A stretch of 63,199 nucleotides of DNA, counting the filler, from Octopus bimaculoides (taxonomy: Eukaryota): NCBI RefSeq assembly GCF_001194135.2. It is 5 parts of 4 records of this genome, joined end to end, with 100 filler letters (N's around TTAATTAATTAA, not from the genome) between each part and the next. Parts side by side here need not be neighbours in the genome. Positions count along the whole stretch, not along the records: positions 28,005 to 53,256 come from NC_068983.1; positions 53,357 to 60,734 come from NC_068991.1; positions 60,835 to 63,199 come from NC_068989.1; 2 more parts are not named here. One strand, 5' to 3'. Position 1 is the stretch's first letter, and every line of letters starts with the position of its first letter. Below the pieces are notes generated by a model. That model was not told the origin of the DNA. It ran no database searches and saw nothing but the letters and a program-made list of their open reading frames with translations. The translations under genes were made by a program, and so were the position numbers. Below are positions 49,830 to 63,070 of the stretch, piece after piece.

Positions 49830-52650
49830 ATGCCGATATTTCTTCTAAAGAACACCTAGGAGAACTCTACAGTGAACAAAGCAACGGAATTACTAAAGGG
49901 AAACAACCTAGAGGAAAAATAAAACCTGAAGAAAACATCAACAACGAGCGCCGCCATATTTGATGGTTAACTACAACAATAAAATGTAAGGAGAAAAATG
50001 TTTACACCTCACCAACTCTACCTTAAACAAAAATTAATGAAACTTTGTGGCAACTCTTCACACCGAGCTCATTAAAACGTGAACTCAGGACGACGAGTGA
50101 GAAACTCCGCTATCGTACGTGAATTTTTGAGCGTGCCACTATCAACCACAAGCTTGATTCCAGCCCACAAGCATTATACAGAGAGATGAGGAAGGAAAAT
50201 ATTACCATTAAGAAAGCTCCCTCCCAAGAAGATAAAAAATTTGGAACGAAAAGAGGGATTTCAACCTGAATGCATTATGGTTAAATACAATTGAGAGAGA
50301 ATTCTGTACCAACACTAATAGTCAAACATACAAAATTGATGCAGAAACCTTCGCTATAGCAGTAGGCAAATTGTAGAATGGGAAGACATCTGGAAGGGAC
50401 CTAATAGTTGGATATTGGTACAAGAAGCTGACATTTTACAGAAACCAATTGATATGTATGTTCAAAAGGACTATGGAAAGTCAGACTGATATACCAAATT
50501 GGCTTGCTAGGACAAATTTTGTTGACAAAAATGAAATCAACGAGATAGCATGAAGCTACAGGCCCATTGCTTGCCTAAACATTACGTACAAACTGTAGAC
50601 AAGTTGCTTCAACTAATTCCTCTAGGACCATTGTGTGTCGAACAACATTACGACTGATGAACAAGCTGGTGGAAAGGGAGTTTGGGAATGTGCCGAACAA
50701 CTTTTAATAAACAAAGCTGTATTGTCTGAAGTAAGAAAGTAACGCAGAAACCTTGTGACAGTATGGCTTGACTATAAAAAGGTATTCGAGTCTATCCCTC
50801 ATTCGTGGCTGTTGAAGTGCCTACCTTAATTGCTGCTATAGAGAGACTCACAAAGACATGGACAACTATTCTTACCCTTACAACTGAGAACAGAATAATT
50901 GTTTCTAATAATATAGACATTAAAAAGGGAATATTCCAGGGAGGTAGCTTTTCTATACTCCTTTACATTTTGGCACTGAATCCATTATCGTTTCTACTGC
51001 AGAAAATGGTTACAAGTTAGGATCTTCAACTGCTAGAAATATCAATGCAACTCATAATTTATTTGTAGACGACTTGAAAATTTATGCTAAAAGTGTTAGC
51101 AATGCCAAGAAACAACTGGAATTAATAACAACATTTCCAGCTGATATAAGCATGGAATTTGGCCAAAAGAAATGTTCATATTTGATTATAGAACGAGAAA
51201 CGTCAGTCACCCAAACCCCAAACCTGTGCATCAACGGTCTCTCTATCTCCCCTACTCCATCAAAAGAATGTTACAAGTACCTAGGCATAGACGAAAATGT
51301 ATCATACGAAGGCACTGTGAATAAAGACAGAGTGACCCGAGAATATTACACCAGACTTAGGAAAATATGGCAGTCGGAACTCTCCTCTTACAACAAAACC
51401 ATATCCTACAATGCATTTTCAGTGCCAGTGCTGATCCCAACATCTGGGATACTTGATTGGTCTGTAGACGAAATCCACTCCATGGATAGCAAAACCCGCT
51501 GAATCCTGACAACAACTGGGAACTTCCACAGAAACAGTGATGTTGACAGGCTCTACCTAAGAAAAAATGAAGGGGGTAGAGGCCTGAGATCAGTGCAGAC
51601 AGCATTCGAATACCGTATGGTATTACCCACGCAGCAGAAAAAATAAATATATTAATACAGTCCTGAAAAGTGAAGTAAGTAACATTGTATGAGTTGGCAG
51701 TGAACTTCTCTAGAAACACCCTCTTCCTGATGATCTCTACAGCCCTAAAACAGCTGGGCTTTCTTACCCCAGAGAAAACCTTAATGAAAAGCATTCAGCA
51801 TACAAAAAGAAAAAGACCATGCATGGTATGTTGCTTGGAAACTTGAAGAAGACAGCAAAATTGACACAAAGCACAGCTTCTCTTGGACACAAGACCACTA
51901 CGTCACATCACACTTTGAAGGCTATGCGTTTGCAAACCAGGAACAGGAGATTGCCACAAAGTACCTGGTGAACAAGAGAGACAGTGACGCTCTTACAATC
52001 TCAAGGTGCAACCACATGTGTAAACTATGTCATGTTTCTGTGGAAGACATTACACATGAGATTTGCAGCTGTCCTAAAATGTCGTCACGGTAATACCTCC
52101 CTATGCGGCACGATGTTGTTGCTAAAACAATTTACAATGCCATCCGCAAAAAAGACTCCTGAAATAAACTTTAAAAATCTCTCTGTTATGGAATACATTC
52201 ATAAACACCAACTCAAGGAATACTGGTAGAAGATTCCAATCAAAACTTCTGTCAAATGTAAGCATAACAGACCGGATATTGTTGTTTGGGACAGAGGGGC
52301 AAAGGTGTGTAGATAGAGGTTAGCTGTCCTGCAGATATAAATATGTCTTTGAAAATCAAAGAAAAAAGAGGATATCGATGCACAACTGCTTCAACACCTC
52401 CAGCTTCTACATCCAGACTATACCAATAATAATTGGAGCAATAAACTAGGATTTTCCGAAAGAGAAATTGACCGGCAGATTCGTTCAAGTGCAATCTGTG
52501 AGTGGAACAGTAAAAATATGCAAGACATTTTTCAAGTTCCAAATGTGAATTTGTCTGTATTAAATACATCTCAAAGATGGAGCCTTGTTTCTTTTTTGGA
52601 AGGTGGGTCCCTCTTCAGTGGAAGATTTATAATAATTAAAAAAATAGAAG
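49830..52650 (+). mobile_element. Long decayed R4-clade non-LTR retrotransposon (RT, CCHC knuckle, RLE)
   Basis: KKGIFQGGSFSILLYILALNPLS; LFVDDLKIY at about 51060; YKYLGIDE; CKLCHVSVEDITHEICSC at 52019-52072; KHNRPDIVVWD. Many stops and frameshifts. Confidence 0.9.
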
Positions 52651-52690
52651 AGACATACACATACATACATACATACAAAAATATATACAT

Positions 52691-53113
52691 AGGCGCAGGA
52701 GTGGCTGTGTGGTAAGTAGCTTGTTTACCAACCACATGGATCCAGGTTCAGTCCCACTGCGTGACACCTTGGGCAAGTGTCTTCTACTTCTAGCCTTGGG
52801 CCGACCAAAGCCTTGTGAATAGATTTGGTAGGCGGAAACTGAAAGAAGCCCTTCGTATATGTATATATATATATGTATATATATATGTATGTATATGCTT
52901 GTGTCTGTGTTTGTCGCCCCAACGTTGCTTTACAACCGATGCTGGTATGTTTATGTCCTCGTAACTTAGCGGATCAACAAAAGAGAGCGAGAGAATAAGT
53001 ACTAGACTTACAAAGAATAAGTCCTGGGGTTGATTTGCTCGACTAAAGAGGGTGCTCCAGCATGGTCACAGTCAAATGACCGAAACAAATAAAAGAGTAA
53101 AAGAATAAAAGAA
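52691..53113 (+). mobile_element. S1 SINE, full length
   Basis: AGGCGCAGGAGTGGCTGTGTGGTAAG head, CORE-like CCTTGGGCAAGTGTCTTCTAC, (TA/GT)n, and tail. Confidence 0.9.
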
Positions 53114-53130
53114 TACACACACACACAGAG

Positions 53131-53187
<57 letters not shown>

Positions 53188-53608
53188 TCAGTAAATAGTG
53201 GGGCTATGCTAACCGCACGTGGAGAAATAATAGGAAAATGAAAAAAAGCCAGAATGNNNNNNNNNNNNNNNNNNNNNNNNNNNNNNNNNNNNNNNNNNNN
53301 TTAATTAATTAANNNNNNNNNNNNNNNNNNNNNNNNNNNNNNNNNNNNNNNNNNNNATATATTTGAATGGATGGATGGATGGATGGATGGATGGATGGAT
53401 GGATACACATATATATTGATATGAGTCTATGTACATGTATATGTGTATATGTATGTGTGTGTATATATATATATATGTGTGTGTGTGTGTGAGTAGAAAG
53501 AGGAGAGAGAGTTAGATAGAGAGGGACAGATATGCATGTGTTTGTACATATATACATATCCATATACACATATCCATACACATATCCATACACATATCCA
53601 TGTATAAC

Positions 53609-53639
<31 letters not shown>

Positions 53640-53642
53640 TAA

Positions 53643-53695
<53 letters not shown>

Positions 53696-54537
53696 GTAAG
53701 AACAAAAGAATGAGACCTCGATATTAGAGAAATGGAGGATTATTTATATATGATATAATTTAGAACAAACAGTAAAAGATTGTCATTATAGTACTCAGAG
53801 TTTCAAATGTCGGAGCGAAGAGCTACGATGCATTCTTGTCGGCTATTAATGGCAACAAACGCTATGAAAAACCGGTGAATAAAAGGGAAGTAACTCTAAT
53901 AGATGGAAAAAATATATATATATAACATACACGCAACTATATTCTCATAATACATAGACATAAAACCTCCTACGTTTAGAACGTCTACATACGTATACAC
54001 TCACAGAAACATGTATATGCACAGACACACGCACATAAGCCTATATGTATGTACGCACTCGTACATGCGCACATATCCACACACGCACACGCACACGTGT
54101 ATAGATGTATATACATATATATATATATANNNNNNNNNNNNNNNNNNNNNNNNNNNNNNNNNNNNNNNNNNNNNNNNNNNNNNNNNNNNNNNNNNNNNNN
54201 NNNNNNNNNNNNNNNNNNNNNNNNNNNNNNNNNNNNNNNNNNNNNNNNNNNNNNNNNNNNNNNNNNNNNNNNNNNNNNNNNNNNNNNNNNNNNNNNNNNN
54301 NNNNNNNNNNNNNNNNNNNNNNNNNNNNNNNNNNNNNNNNNNNNNNNNNNNNNNNNNNNNNNNNNNNNNNNNNNNNNNNNNNNNNNNNNNNNNNNNNNNN
54401 NNNNNNNNNNNNNNNNNNNNNNNNNNNNNNNNNNNNNNNNNNNNNNNNNNNNNNNNNNNNNNNNNNNNNNNNNNNNNNNNNNNNNNNNNNNNNNNNNNNN
54501 NNNNNNNNNNNNNNNNNNNNNNNNNNNTATATATATG

Positions 54538-54668
54538 GGAGAATTCACGAAAAAACAACAGACGAAGTCAGGTGGTGTAAGCAACAAATGGATGTATTAG
54601 TATAACGCTCGGGAATAGAGAAAGTTTTTAACGTTTCGAGCCTACGCTCTTCAACAGAAAGGAACACA
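54538..54668 (-). mobile_element. PLE-type pLTR fragment with a second, variant hammerhead-like motif
   Basis: Minus strand reads CCTTT CTGTTGA A GAGC-GTAG-GCTC GAAAC GTT AAAA (core about 54626-54662). Confidence 0.55.
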
Positions 54669-55923
54669 GATTTGATGTGGGTGTTAATGCGTTTGTGTAT
54701 GTCTACATAATGAACGACAAAATATGAATCGAGAAAGAAAGAAAGCGATTCTCAGAGGGATGGAAGGAGGAAGCGAGTAAGAAACAAAGAAAGGAAGGAA
54801 GCAGGGAAGATAGAAAGAAAGAGAAAAGGAAGGACGCATGAAAAAGAGTTGAGAGAGAATAGAAGAGCAAAAGTAAAAAAGAGTAATGTTCCTAATTTAT
54901 ATTCATTGAAGTATTAACAGATTGTTGTCAGTATATTAAGCTAAGATCGACAAAAGATTTTTTTATATTTTATCTTATTTTATCTTATTTTACATTGTAT
55001 TATTTTTGCAAAGCAAATTGCAATCTCTGTTGAATAGTAAATCCATTCGAGAAAGTAACTTTGATAACTTCGGTTATCGACACGAAAAATGGCAAAATGG
55101 TTCTAGTAGGAAATAGTGTATGATATTATAAAGTACATTTAGGGAGGGGGGGATAATAATAATAATAAATAATAGTAAATAATTTATGGTTACTTCTGTT
55201 GTTCTTTTCAAAAAATGTTCAGCAATTAATTGTTTATCGTAAGGAATGCAACGAAAAATCCCTCACTTGTAAAATTACCTTAACTTTGCTTTGAAGCCCT
55301 TCAAACGAATCAGATAAAGCTTGCATGGTAGGATCCTCGGCCCTTCTTTATTTTTATAGGAGTGACAACTTTTATGCCCGGAGGCCTTTAGACTAGCGTT
55401 ATCGCTTTTCCTGAGTAAATAAAGTCCCTCCCCTCCTCTATTACCATGAGGAGGTATGACTTCTCAGACGAAATGAAGGCAACCTATGTAGGAAAACGGG
55501 TGGATTGTAAGATGGGTGGATTGTAAGATGTAATAAACCCATTTGCACAAGATTCCACACTTAGGGGTCGAACCCGAGTCCTTATGGTTGTGAAGCAAGC
55601 TTCTTAACCACTCACCCATATATTCGTTCACTCGACTACAAACATCGTGAATTCCTGCACGAGCTTTGAATTTGTCACACTAAACAGAATTAGCTGTAAA
55701 GTTTTATTCGGTTCCTGATAGAACCTAATTTTCTGTATGGTAAATTTTATTTAATTGCTGAGAAGGTAATTATACTTTCGTTTTAATTGTGATGCCGCTT
55801 AGAGCAATTCGTTTTTGCTTGGCATCTTTCATTTCGAAAGGCAAAAGTTTCTCCATTTCAATTAGGTTTCTCTTCCTTCTTGCTTAAGTATATGAATTTG
55901 ATACAGCAAGTGTCTTCTACAAT

Positions 55924-56095
55924 AGGCGCAGGAGTGGCTGTGTGGTAAGTAGCTTCCTTACCAACCACATGGTTCCGGGTTCAGTCCCACTGCGTGGCAT
56001 CTTGGGCAAGTGTCTTCTACTATAGCCTCGGGCTGACCAAAGCCTTGTGAGTGGATTTGGTAGACGGAAATTGGAAGAAGCCCGTCGTATATATG

Positions 56096-56130
<35 letters not shown>

Positions 56131-56302
56131 ATGTTTGTCTCCCTAGAATTGCTTGACAACCGATGCTGGAGTGTTTACGCCCCCGTACATTAGCGGTTCG
56201 GCAAAAGAACCGATAGAATAAGTACTAGGCTTACAAAGAATAAGTCCTGGGGTCGATTTGCTCGACTAAATGTAGTGCTCCAGCATGGCCGCAGTCAAAG
56301 GA
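55924..56302 (+). mobile_element. S1 SINE, full length up to the gap; a further S1 3' part at about 56640-56830
   Basis: Near-identical to the copy at 52691. Confidence 0.9.
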
Positions 56303-56569
56303 NNNNNNNNNNNNNNNNNNNNNNNNNNNNNNNNNNNNNNNNNNNNNNNNNNNNNNNNNNNNNNNNNNNNNNNNNNNNNNNNNNNNNNNNNNNNNNNNNN
56401 NNNNNNNNNNNNNNNNNNNNNNNNNNNNNNNNNNNNNNNNNNNNNNNNNNNNNNNNNNNNNNNNNNNNNNNNNNNNNNNNNNNNNNNNNNNNNNNNNNNN
56501 NNNNNNNNNNNNNNNNNNNNNNNNNNNNNNNNNNNNNNNNNNNNNNNNNNNNNNNNNNNNNNNNNNNNN

Positions 56570-56616
<47 letters not shown>

Positions 56617-57194
56617 ATATGATTATGTGTGCGCGTATGTGTTTGTGTATGTGTGTGCGTCTTTGTGTCTGTTTATCTTTCGCCACCACTTGACAACCGG
56701 TGCTGGTGTGTTTACTTTCCCGTTACATTAGTGGTTCGGCAAAAGAGACCGATAGGATAAGTACTAGGCTTTAAAAATCTTTAAGTCCCGGGAATCATGG
56801 CCGCAGTCAAATGACTGAAACAAATAAATGATGAAAGATAAATCCGATTAATTAAAGAACCTTCTCAAACCTGTATTTACTGGTGTTGTGTAAGAGTGAA
56901 ATGGTTAATACTGCAGCATCTATTGTTAGGAATTTTTGACGTTTCACATATTACGATCTTATGACAAGAAACGACAATATTGCAATATTGAAAGCTCCGA
57001 CAAGCTCTAAGGATTTTTTTTTTTTTTTTACGTTTGAACAGGATAATAATATAATTATTTTACATCATAATAACATAATTGCAACAACCACCAGATATTA
57101 TAATTGCACTCAATTATAATAGCTAGAGGCTAGTGCAGAATTATTGGTATTTTAACAATTTCTTAAACGCATGCACACACGTGTGTGTATACAC

Positions 57195-57247
<53 letters not shown>

Positions 57248-57292
57248 TATGTATATATGTGTATATGTGTGGGTGTGCATAAATATGAAAAA

Positions 57293-57387
<95 letters not shown>

Positions 57388-57745
57388 CATGTATACATAC
57401 GTATATATATATTTACATAAATGTATACATACATACATACATACATACATAAATATATGAGGAACAGGTTTTCTTTTAGATGTGATATATTGAAAACACG
57501 ACTACGGTCCAATTTTTTTTTTTTATTCTTTTCATAGTTTCGTATCAAACCCTTGAAATTTAGTAAAAACTTCCCAGCCACATCTTCAAAACATGGAACG
57601 ATGTTGGCTTCTATACTACACTTTATATAGTAGGCAACTTTTATGTATTCAGACTTTACAGCTAGAATTATATTCATGCAGAATTTGGTGCCGGAATTAA
57701 CCGTTAGAGTTCCAAGTTATCAGGCTTGTGTTTTAGCAGTTAGAC

Positions 57746-58450
57746 AAGGGGTCGGCGAACCGGGGTAAATTACCCAAATGGGGTAAAAATGAAATTTTGG
57801 TGGAGTAATGAGGAGTTATTAGACATAAGTAAAAAATATATTTATAAAAGCGTGTCCCTTGTTACGACAGTGTTATGCCTCAAGCTACTGCTATCTAACA
57901 CCTTCAACCGCTACACAACTGCTACTCAATACTCCTACCTCGGCCAGACTACCTCTATTTATATGTCTTGGGAGATGCTACTTCTTCGCCTGGGGGCGTC
58001 GACACAACAGACAGAAATGTTTCTTCTAGCATGAGGAGACAGTCAAAATGTTGCTGGTGCCTTTTGCAACAAGGATTTTCCACTGTAATGAACATAAAAA
58101 CAATGCAGAGTAACTGATTGGACTCCGAAGACTGTATCCAAATTGCCCTTGCCTCAAAACGCCCCAATTTTGATGTAATTGTATCAAAAATGAAACATTA
58201 TTTCTCCAAAACCTAAAGTGCAAAAGTTTCTAGAAAAATCCTTTTGTTTCATAATGATGATATTATCTTATTTTATCGCATTTGTTTTATACTTTTTATA
58301 TTTACAATTGTATTCTCCATTTAAATAGATTCAATAAACCTTTTTGAATTCAAAGTATCTATGACTTTCTTCCTTTCAAATCAAGGAGGTAACGACGGCG
58401 TAATTAAATATATTTTGGGATAATTGGTCAAAAAAGTTCCCCGACCTCTG
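57746..58450 (+). mobile_element. Buster/Charlie-type hAT internal-deletion derivative
   Basis: TIRs (A)AGGGGTCGGCGAAC / GTTCCCCGACCTCTG and an exact 8-bp TSD AGTTAGAC. Retains a hATC-like remnant: VPFAT..GFSTVMNIKTMQSN*LDSEDCIQIALASKRPNFDVIVSKMK. Confidence 0.85.
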
Positions 58451-58496
58451 AGTTAGACTTTCACGTCATTGTATTCGTGTTTTAACCGTCATGGGT

Positions 58497-58660
58497 AACA
58501 TGGTTTTTCGTCTGTCTTTACGTTCTGAGTTCAAATTCCGACGAGGTCGACTTTGCCTTTCATCCTTTCGGGGTCGATAAATTAAGTATCATTTGCGTAC
58601 TGGAGTCGATCTATTCGACTGGCTCCTCTCCAAAAGTTTCGGGCCTAAAGTAGAAAAGAA
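58497..58660 (+). mobile_element. S2 SINE, 5'-truncated, short tail
   Basis: S2 core motifs. Confidence 0.8.
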
Positions 58661-58879
58661 TAGCTTTGTTTTCTAGTGTGTGGTTTAGTGTGTTATAAAT
58701 GCATAGTGAGTCAACGACAGAGTGTGATACTCTTCTGGTTAATGTACTATTTGTATCATGAAGTTTATTACTTACACTTTTGACGCTCAAATTAATAAAT
58801 TACTTCGTTTTGGGGGCGGGTGCATTTGGTTTGCAAGATTCTTGCTGTGAATTCGTATCAAAACAAATTGGCATAATGA

Positions 58880-59760
58880 CCCGCCCAAAACTCAACAAGA
58901 TAAACTGCATTCGTCATTTGTAGCTCGTTCTCATGTTTACTTGCTTGCGGTATGTTCTCGTAAGAAGGTTATTAATCTTATTGTTTTTGCAATATATCAT
59001 TAGCTTCAATTTATAGTTTGGTGTTTCGTTTTATGAGATTTTTCTTTTACTGTGCGTTCGTCTGTGATATATCTGACATGCATCTGATTCATATAATACA
59101 CTTTTGTGTTTCGTATGTGTATTTTTAGTAGGGATACACTATAATGTATCTGTTGCGTTGTATTTCAGTCGATATTCATCCGTATCTTGGTCTACAAGTC
59201 TGTCTGAATATCCGTTAATAATTAATGTTTGTTTTATTCTTGGATTTCTTTATCCAATATTTTTTATTTGTGAAAGAGAATCTACATGTTCTCCTAAATA
59301 GTGATTTTTACCACTGACATTTTGTAGTTATGTCGGTATTTGCTATCTCCTCGTAGGTATACGCATTTGTTTGTATCTTTTTTGTATGACTCGGTGGTTA
59401 GACCGTCAGGCTCACAATCATGAGGTAGCGAGTTCGCTTCCCGGACCGGGCTATGTGTTGTGTTCTTGAACAAGGCACTTTATTTCACGTTACTCCAGTT
59501 CATTCAGCTGAAGAAATGAGTTGCGACATCAATGGTGCCAAGCTGTATCGGCCCCTTTACCTTTCCCTTGGATAACATCAGTAGCGTGGAGAGGGAAGGT
59601 TGGTACGCATCGGCGACTGCTGGTCTTCCATAAACAACCTTGTTCAGACTTGTGCCTCGGAAGGGAACTTTCTAGGAACAATTCTCATGGTCATTCATGA
59701 CCAAAGGGGGTTTTTGTGTACACTGGTGAAATATATCGTTTTTACATCTGAATGCTTATG
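58880..59760 (-). mobile_element. Second Penelope-like element remnant (RT thumb, linker, start of GIY-YIG), split by an S3 SINE
   Basis: After removing the SINE, with frameshifts: FTSVHKKDTNKCVYLRGDS...KMSVVKSLFRRT...KQTLIINGYS...YYMNQMH...KLMIYCKNNKINNLL...TNAVY. Confidence 0.6.
59386..59710 (+). mobile_element. tRNA-derived SINE family S3 with a 7-bp TSD
   Basis: TTTTTGT at 59379-59385 and 59711-59717. Homologous to 60445-60734. Confidence 0.85.
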
Positions 59761-59844
59761 CAGTACCGGACCTCTCATCCGGTTTCCAGAAATCTGGGAA
59801 TACTATGCAATATCGTGCAATATACTGTACCCTGTATTGAGCAA

Positions 59845-59930
59845 ACTGATCCTGTCTTTCACGAGCAGGCTGTTCCGTTGATCGGATCAACTGGAACCCT
59901 CGACGTCGTAAGCGACGGAGTGCCAACATT
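59845..59930 (+). mobile_element. 3' tail of an S4-type SINE
   Basis: TTCACGAGCAGGCTGTTCCGTTGATCGGATCAACTGGAACC, the reverse complement of 43040-43080. Confidence 0.6.
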
Positions 59931-60444
59931 TGTGGGTAGCTATTTTTATTATATTCACTACGAAGTAAGCCATGGAGTTTATCATCATGTTCCTAATGTT
60001 CCTGTCTCTCATATTTTCTAGGTTTTAGTATATAGGTATTTTCAACTGTTTTACTCCTTTGGGTCATATTTACTTCTATATGGAAGGTAGTAACGTTTTT
60101 TTCACACATATTGATCTGTTAGGTGTTATATATTTTAAGGAGACACATTTCAATGGTATTTGAAGAAGTGTGAGAATTTGATACGGCAGCTGTTCAGAAG
60201 AAACGGTTCTTGGTTGTGTGAACTTGCGAAATACATCAAAATAATGACTAGGAACTAAAAGACAGGCTTGTGCTCGGTGATCCTATTTTCCCCCATGTCT
60301 TCTTTTACATCAAAGGAGTTCTTGGAGAGGGTGAGAATAATTTATAGTCGTATCTGATATATTCTGTTACATCAAGCAAACCGGCCAGCCAGCCAGCTAA
60401 CAAGCCAATCAACCAAGCAACTAACCTGCGAAACGCTCAAAACA

Positions 60445-60734
60445 GGTGCATGGCTCAGTGGTTAGAGCATCGAGCTTGCGATCGTGAGATTGTGAGTTCG
60501 AATCCCGGACCGGGCTGCGTGTTGTGTTCTTGAGCAAGACACTTTATTTCACGTTGCTCCAGTTCACACAGCTGCAGATATGAGTTGTGATGTCACTGGT
60601 GCCAAGCTGTATTGGCCCCTTTGCCTTCCTCTTGAATAACACTGGTGGCGTGGAGAGGGGAGGCCGGTATGCATGAGCGACTGCTGGTCATCCATAAACA
60701 ACCTTGCCCGGACTTTTGTCTGGGAGGATAACTT
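60445..60734 (+). mobile_element. S3 SINE
   Basis: A box TGGCTCAGTGG, B box GAGTTCGAATCCC, central GTGTTCTTGAGCAAGACACTTTATTTCAC. Confidence 0.85.
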
Positions 60735-60834
60735 NNNNNNNNNNNNNNNNNNNNNNNNNNNNNNNNNNNNNNNNNNNNTTAATTAATTAANNNNNNNNNN
60801 NNNNNNNNNNNNNNNNNNNNNNNNNNNNNNNNNN

Positions 60835-61240
60835 TCATTTCTGGTTTTACCATCAGAAACTTAACTATAAAACGCCGCAAAGAAAATTAATGTATGGAAG
60901 AATGTTCGTCACTTTGTCAAAGAATCCCCAATTACCAGTTGAAGTACTCACTCCATCAAAAGAAATGTCCCTACTATAGAGATTAAATGTTATCATTGAC
61001 GAAGCTGCTGAAAAAGATCAAGATTGTTACTGTTAAAGAAGTTACTGAAAACAATCAAAAATCAAATATATAAAGGGTTTTTTTTTAAATATCCAAGAGA
61101 GAAAAGCGTTTAAAATTACTGCATACAGAAGTGTTAACTTGTAGAAACTGTTTCTTGTCTTCAATTCTGATCATCAAAGTCAATCGAAGCAGAAAGAGTG
61201 TTTTTCTATGGTAGAACTCACGTTAGTCATTGTAAATATA
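60835..61240 (+). mobile_element. Possible hAT transposase C-terminal remnant
   Basis: SKSIEAERVFSMV resembles the hATC S.EAER.FS motif; the region is heavily decayed. Confidence 0.35.
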
Positions 61241-62669
61241 TAAATTTACGTTACTTTCCTTTGGCAGTTTGCGGGCAGAAGTTAGCACGGTCCTACAAAA
61301 GCCCAAATCTTCCGAACCAAACCATTTACAAAATAGATCAATGATCCCTGATGATTCCTAAGGACAAAACTAATTAATGCGAATCTTAATCCAAACAGCT
61401 AAATATTCTGTGAGTTAACCACTAACCAATAAGACTAAAGATATATATATCCTTAACGTAGGGATGAAACTGTATACATATTTGTGTGTGGGGGGGGGGT
61501 GTAATCACCGACGTCTTGGGACACTAAGGATGATCAAACTTGTATTTAGTATATTCGCAAACCAACTAAATGAAGGAGCCTCTATACAAAATGAAGGAGC
61601 CTCATTCGACCGACTAGAAATAACAGCAAAATGTTCCTTAAATCATATCTTGTCATGCTAGATTAAAGCCAAATCAATGCCCTAATTATAACCATAGCCC
61701 AACAATTATGAACCTCGATATTTGTATTGTCTGAGAATTCATTAAGTCATAATTACAGCTAAATGGGATATATAATTGCTTAAAAATTCAGTTTTATTCC
61801 AAGTCCTCTATCATGCTAGACCCATATTAAACATAACCTGTTAGTTAATTTTATTTACTTACCACTAAATAGCTGTAAACAATATAAGTTAATTACTTAA
61901 TTTATATATAATTAGGGTTACGAGGAAAAAATGCAAATTTTCGGCTTGCTTTTTATTAATTTTCTTTTCATAGTTATAATTTGCACCAAAATAAATCCGG
62001 CATTGAGAAAAACTCTATGGTGTCCACTCTCCTTCGGTGCCTTAACCACATGCTTATGTTGTTTAATGGTTAATCCGGTTCACTTTAGTGTTTTTAAACG
62101 ATAAGGCTTACATTGAGTATATCGTCATCAAAAAAGAAAACAGGAAGCTTTTTTTAACGTCTGCTGGCAACAGAAGTGACAATAGGTAAAATAATAATAG
62201 CATCTATATTAGCAAATGTACAATTAGTCATCGTTTTACTGAGATGTTTGATAAGTCTTGATTGCATTGTCTTCATATTATGGTAAAACAAAAATGAAAT
62301 CTTCACATATTTTAATTGCAATTAAAATGTGTGAAGACAATTAATGGACAATGTTACTGAAGTGAACTGCGCTAAATAATATGATGCAAGAAAATTCAGA
62401 GATATTGTCGGTCTTCAGTGACACGACACTGTTAAAGTGTTTAACACTTTAGAGTAGTAATGCAACAGATAGCAGCAAAATCTTCATCTCCTTCCTAACT
62501 ATCATTAAAAGTGGGGAAACAGGCTATGGATAATGTTATCCTAGATATGCTATGTGTGAATAAAAGTTGAGATTTTCATATCTGTAACAACAACAAAAAC
62601 TACTACTACTACTACCACTACTATTCCCAGTAACCATAAATTACTGCATATTGTTAATGATTAAGAAAA

Positions 62670-63070
62670 TGCAGCAAGTTGGCGGAAACGTTAGCACACC
62701 GTGTGAAATGCTTAGCGGTATTTCGTCTGCCGTTACGTTCTGAGTTCAAATTCCGCCGAGGTCGACTTTGCCTTTCATCCTTTCGGGGTCGATAAATTAA
62801 GTACCAGTTACTCATTGGGGTCGATGTAATCGACTTAATCTCTTTGTCTGCCCTTGTTTGTCCCCTCTATGTTTAGCCCCTTGTGGGCAATAAAGAAATA
62901 AGAATCGTTTGCACGCCGGACGAAACGCCGCTAAGGTTCCGAGTTAAAATTCCACCGAAGTCTTTCATATTTTGGAGTCGATGAAATAAGTACCAGTTTA
63001 GCACTGGGGTTGATGTAATCGACTAGCCCCCACAAATTTCAGGCCTTATGCCTATAATGGAAAGAATTAT
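62670..63070 (+). mobile_element. Nested or tandem S2 SINEs (long-tail to 62905, short-tail body after)
   Basis: Same arrangement as 49200-49655. Confidence 0.85.

Noticed and set aside
61343-61386. Hammerhead-like CTGATGA-TTCC-TAA-GGAC-AAAAC
   Set aside because: It deviates at G10.1 and G12 and has no convincing cleavage triplet or helix I. It could be chance or a dead copy.
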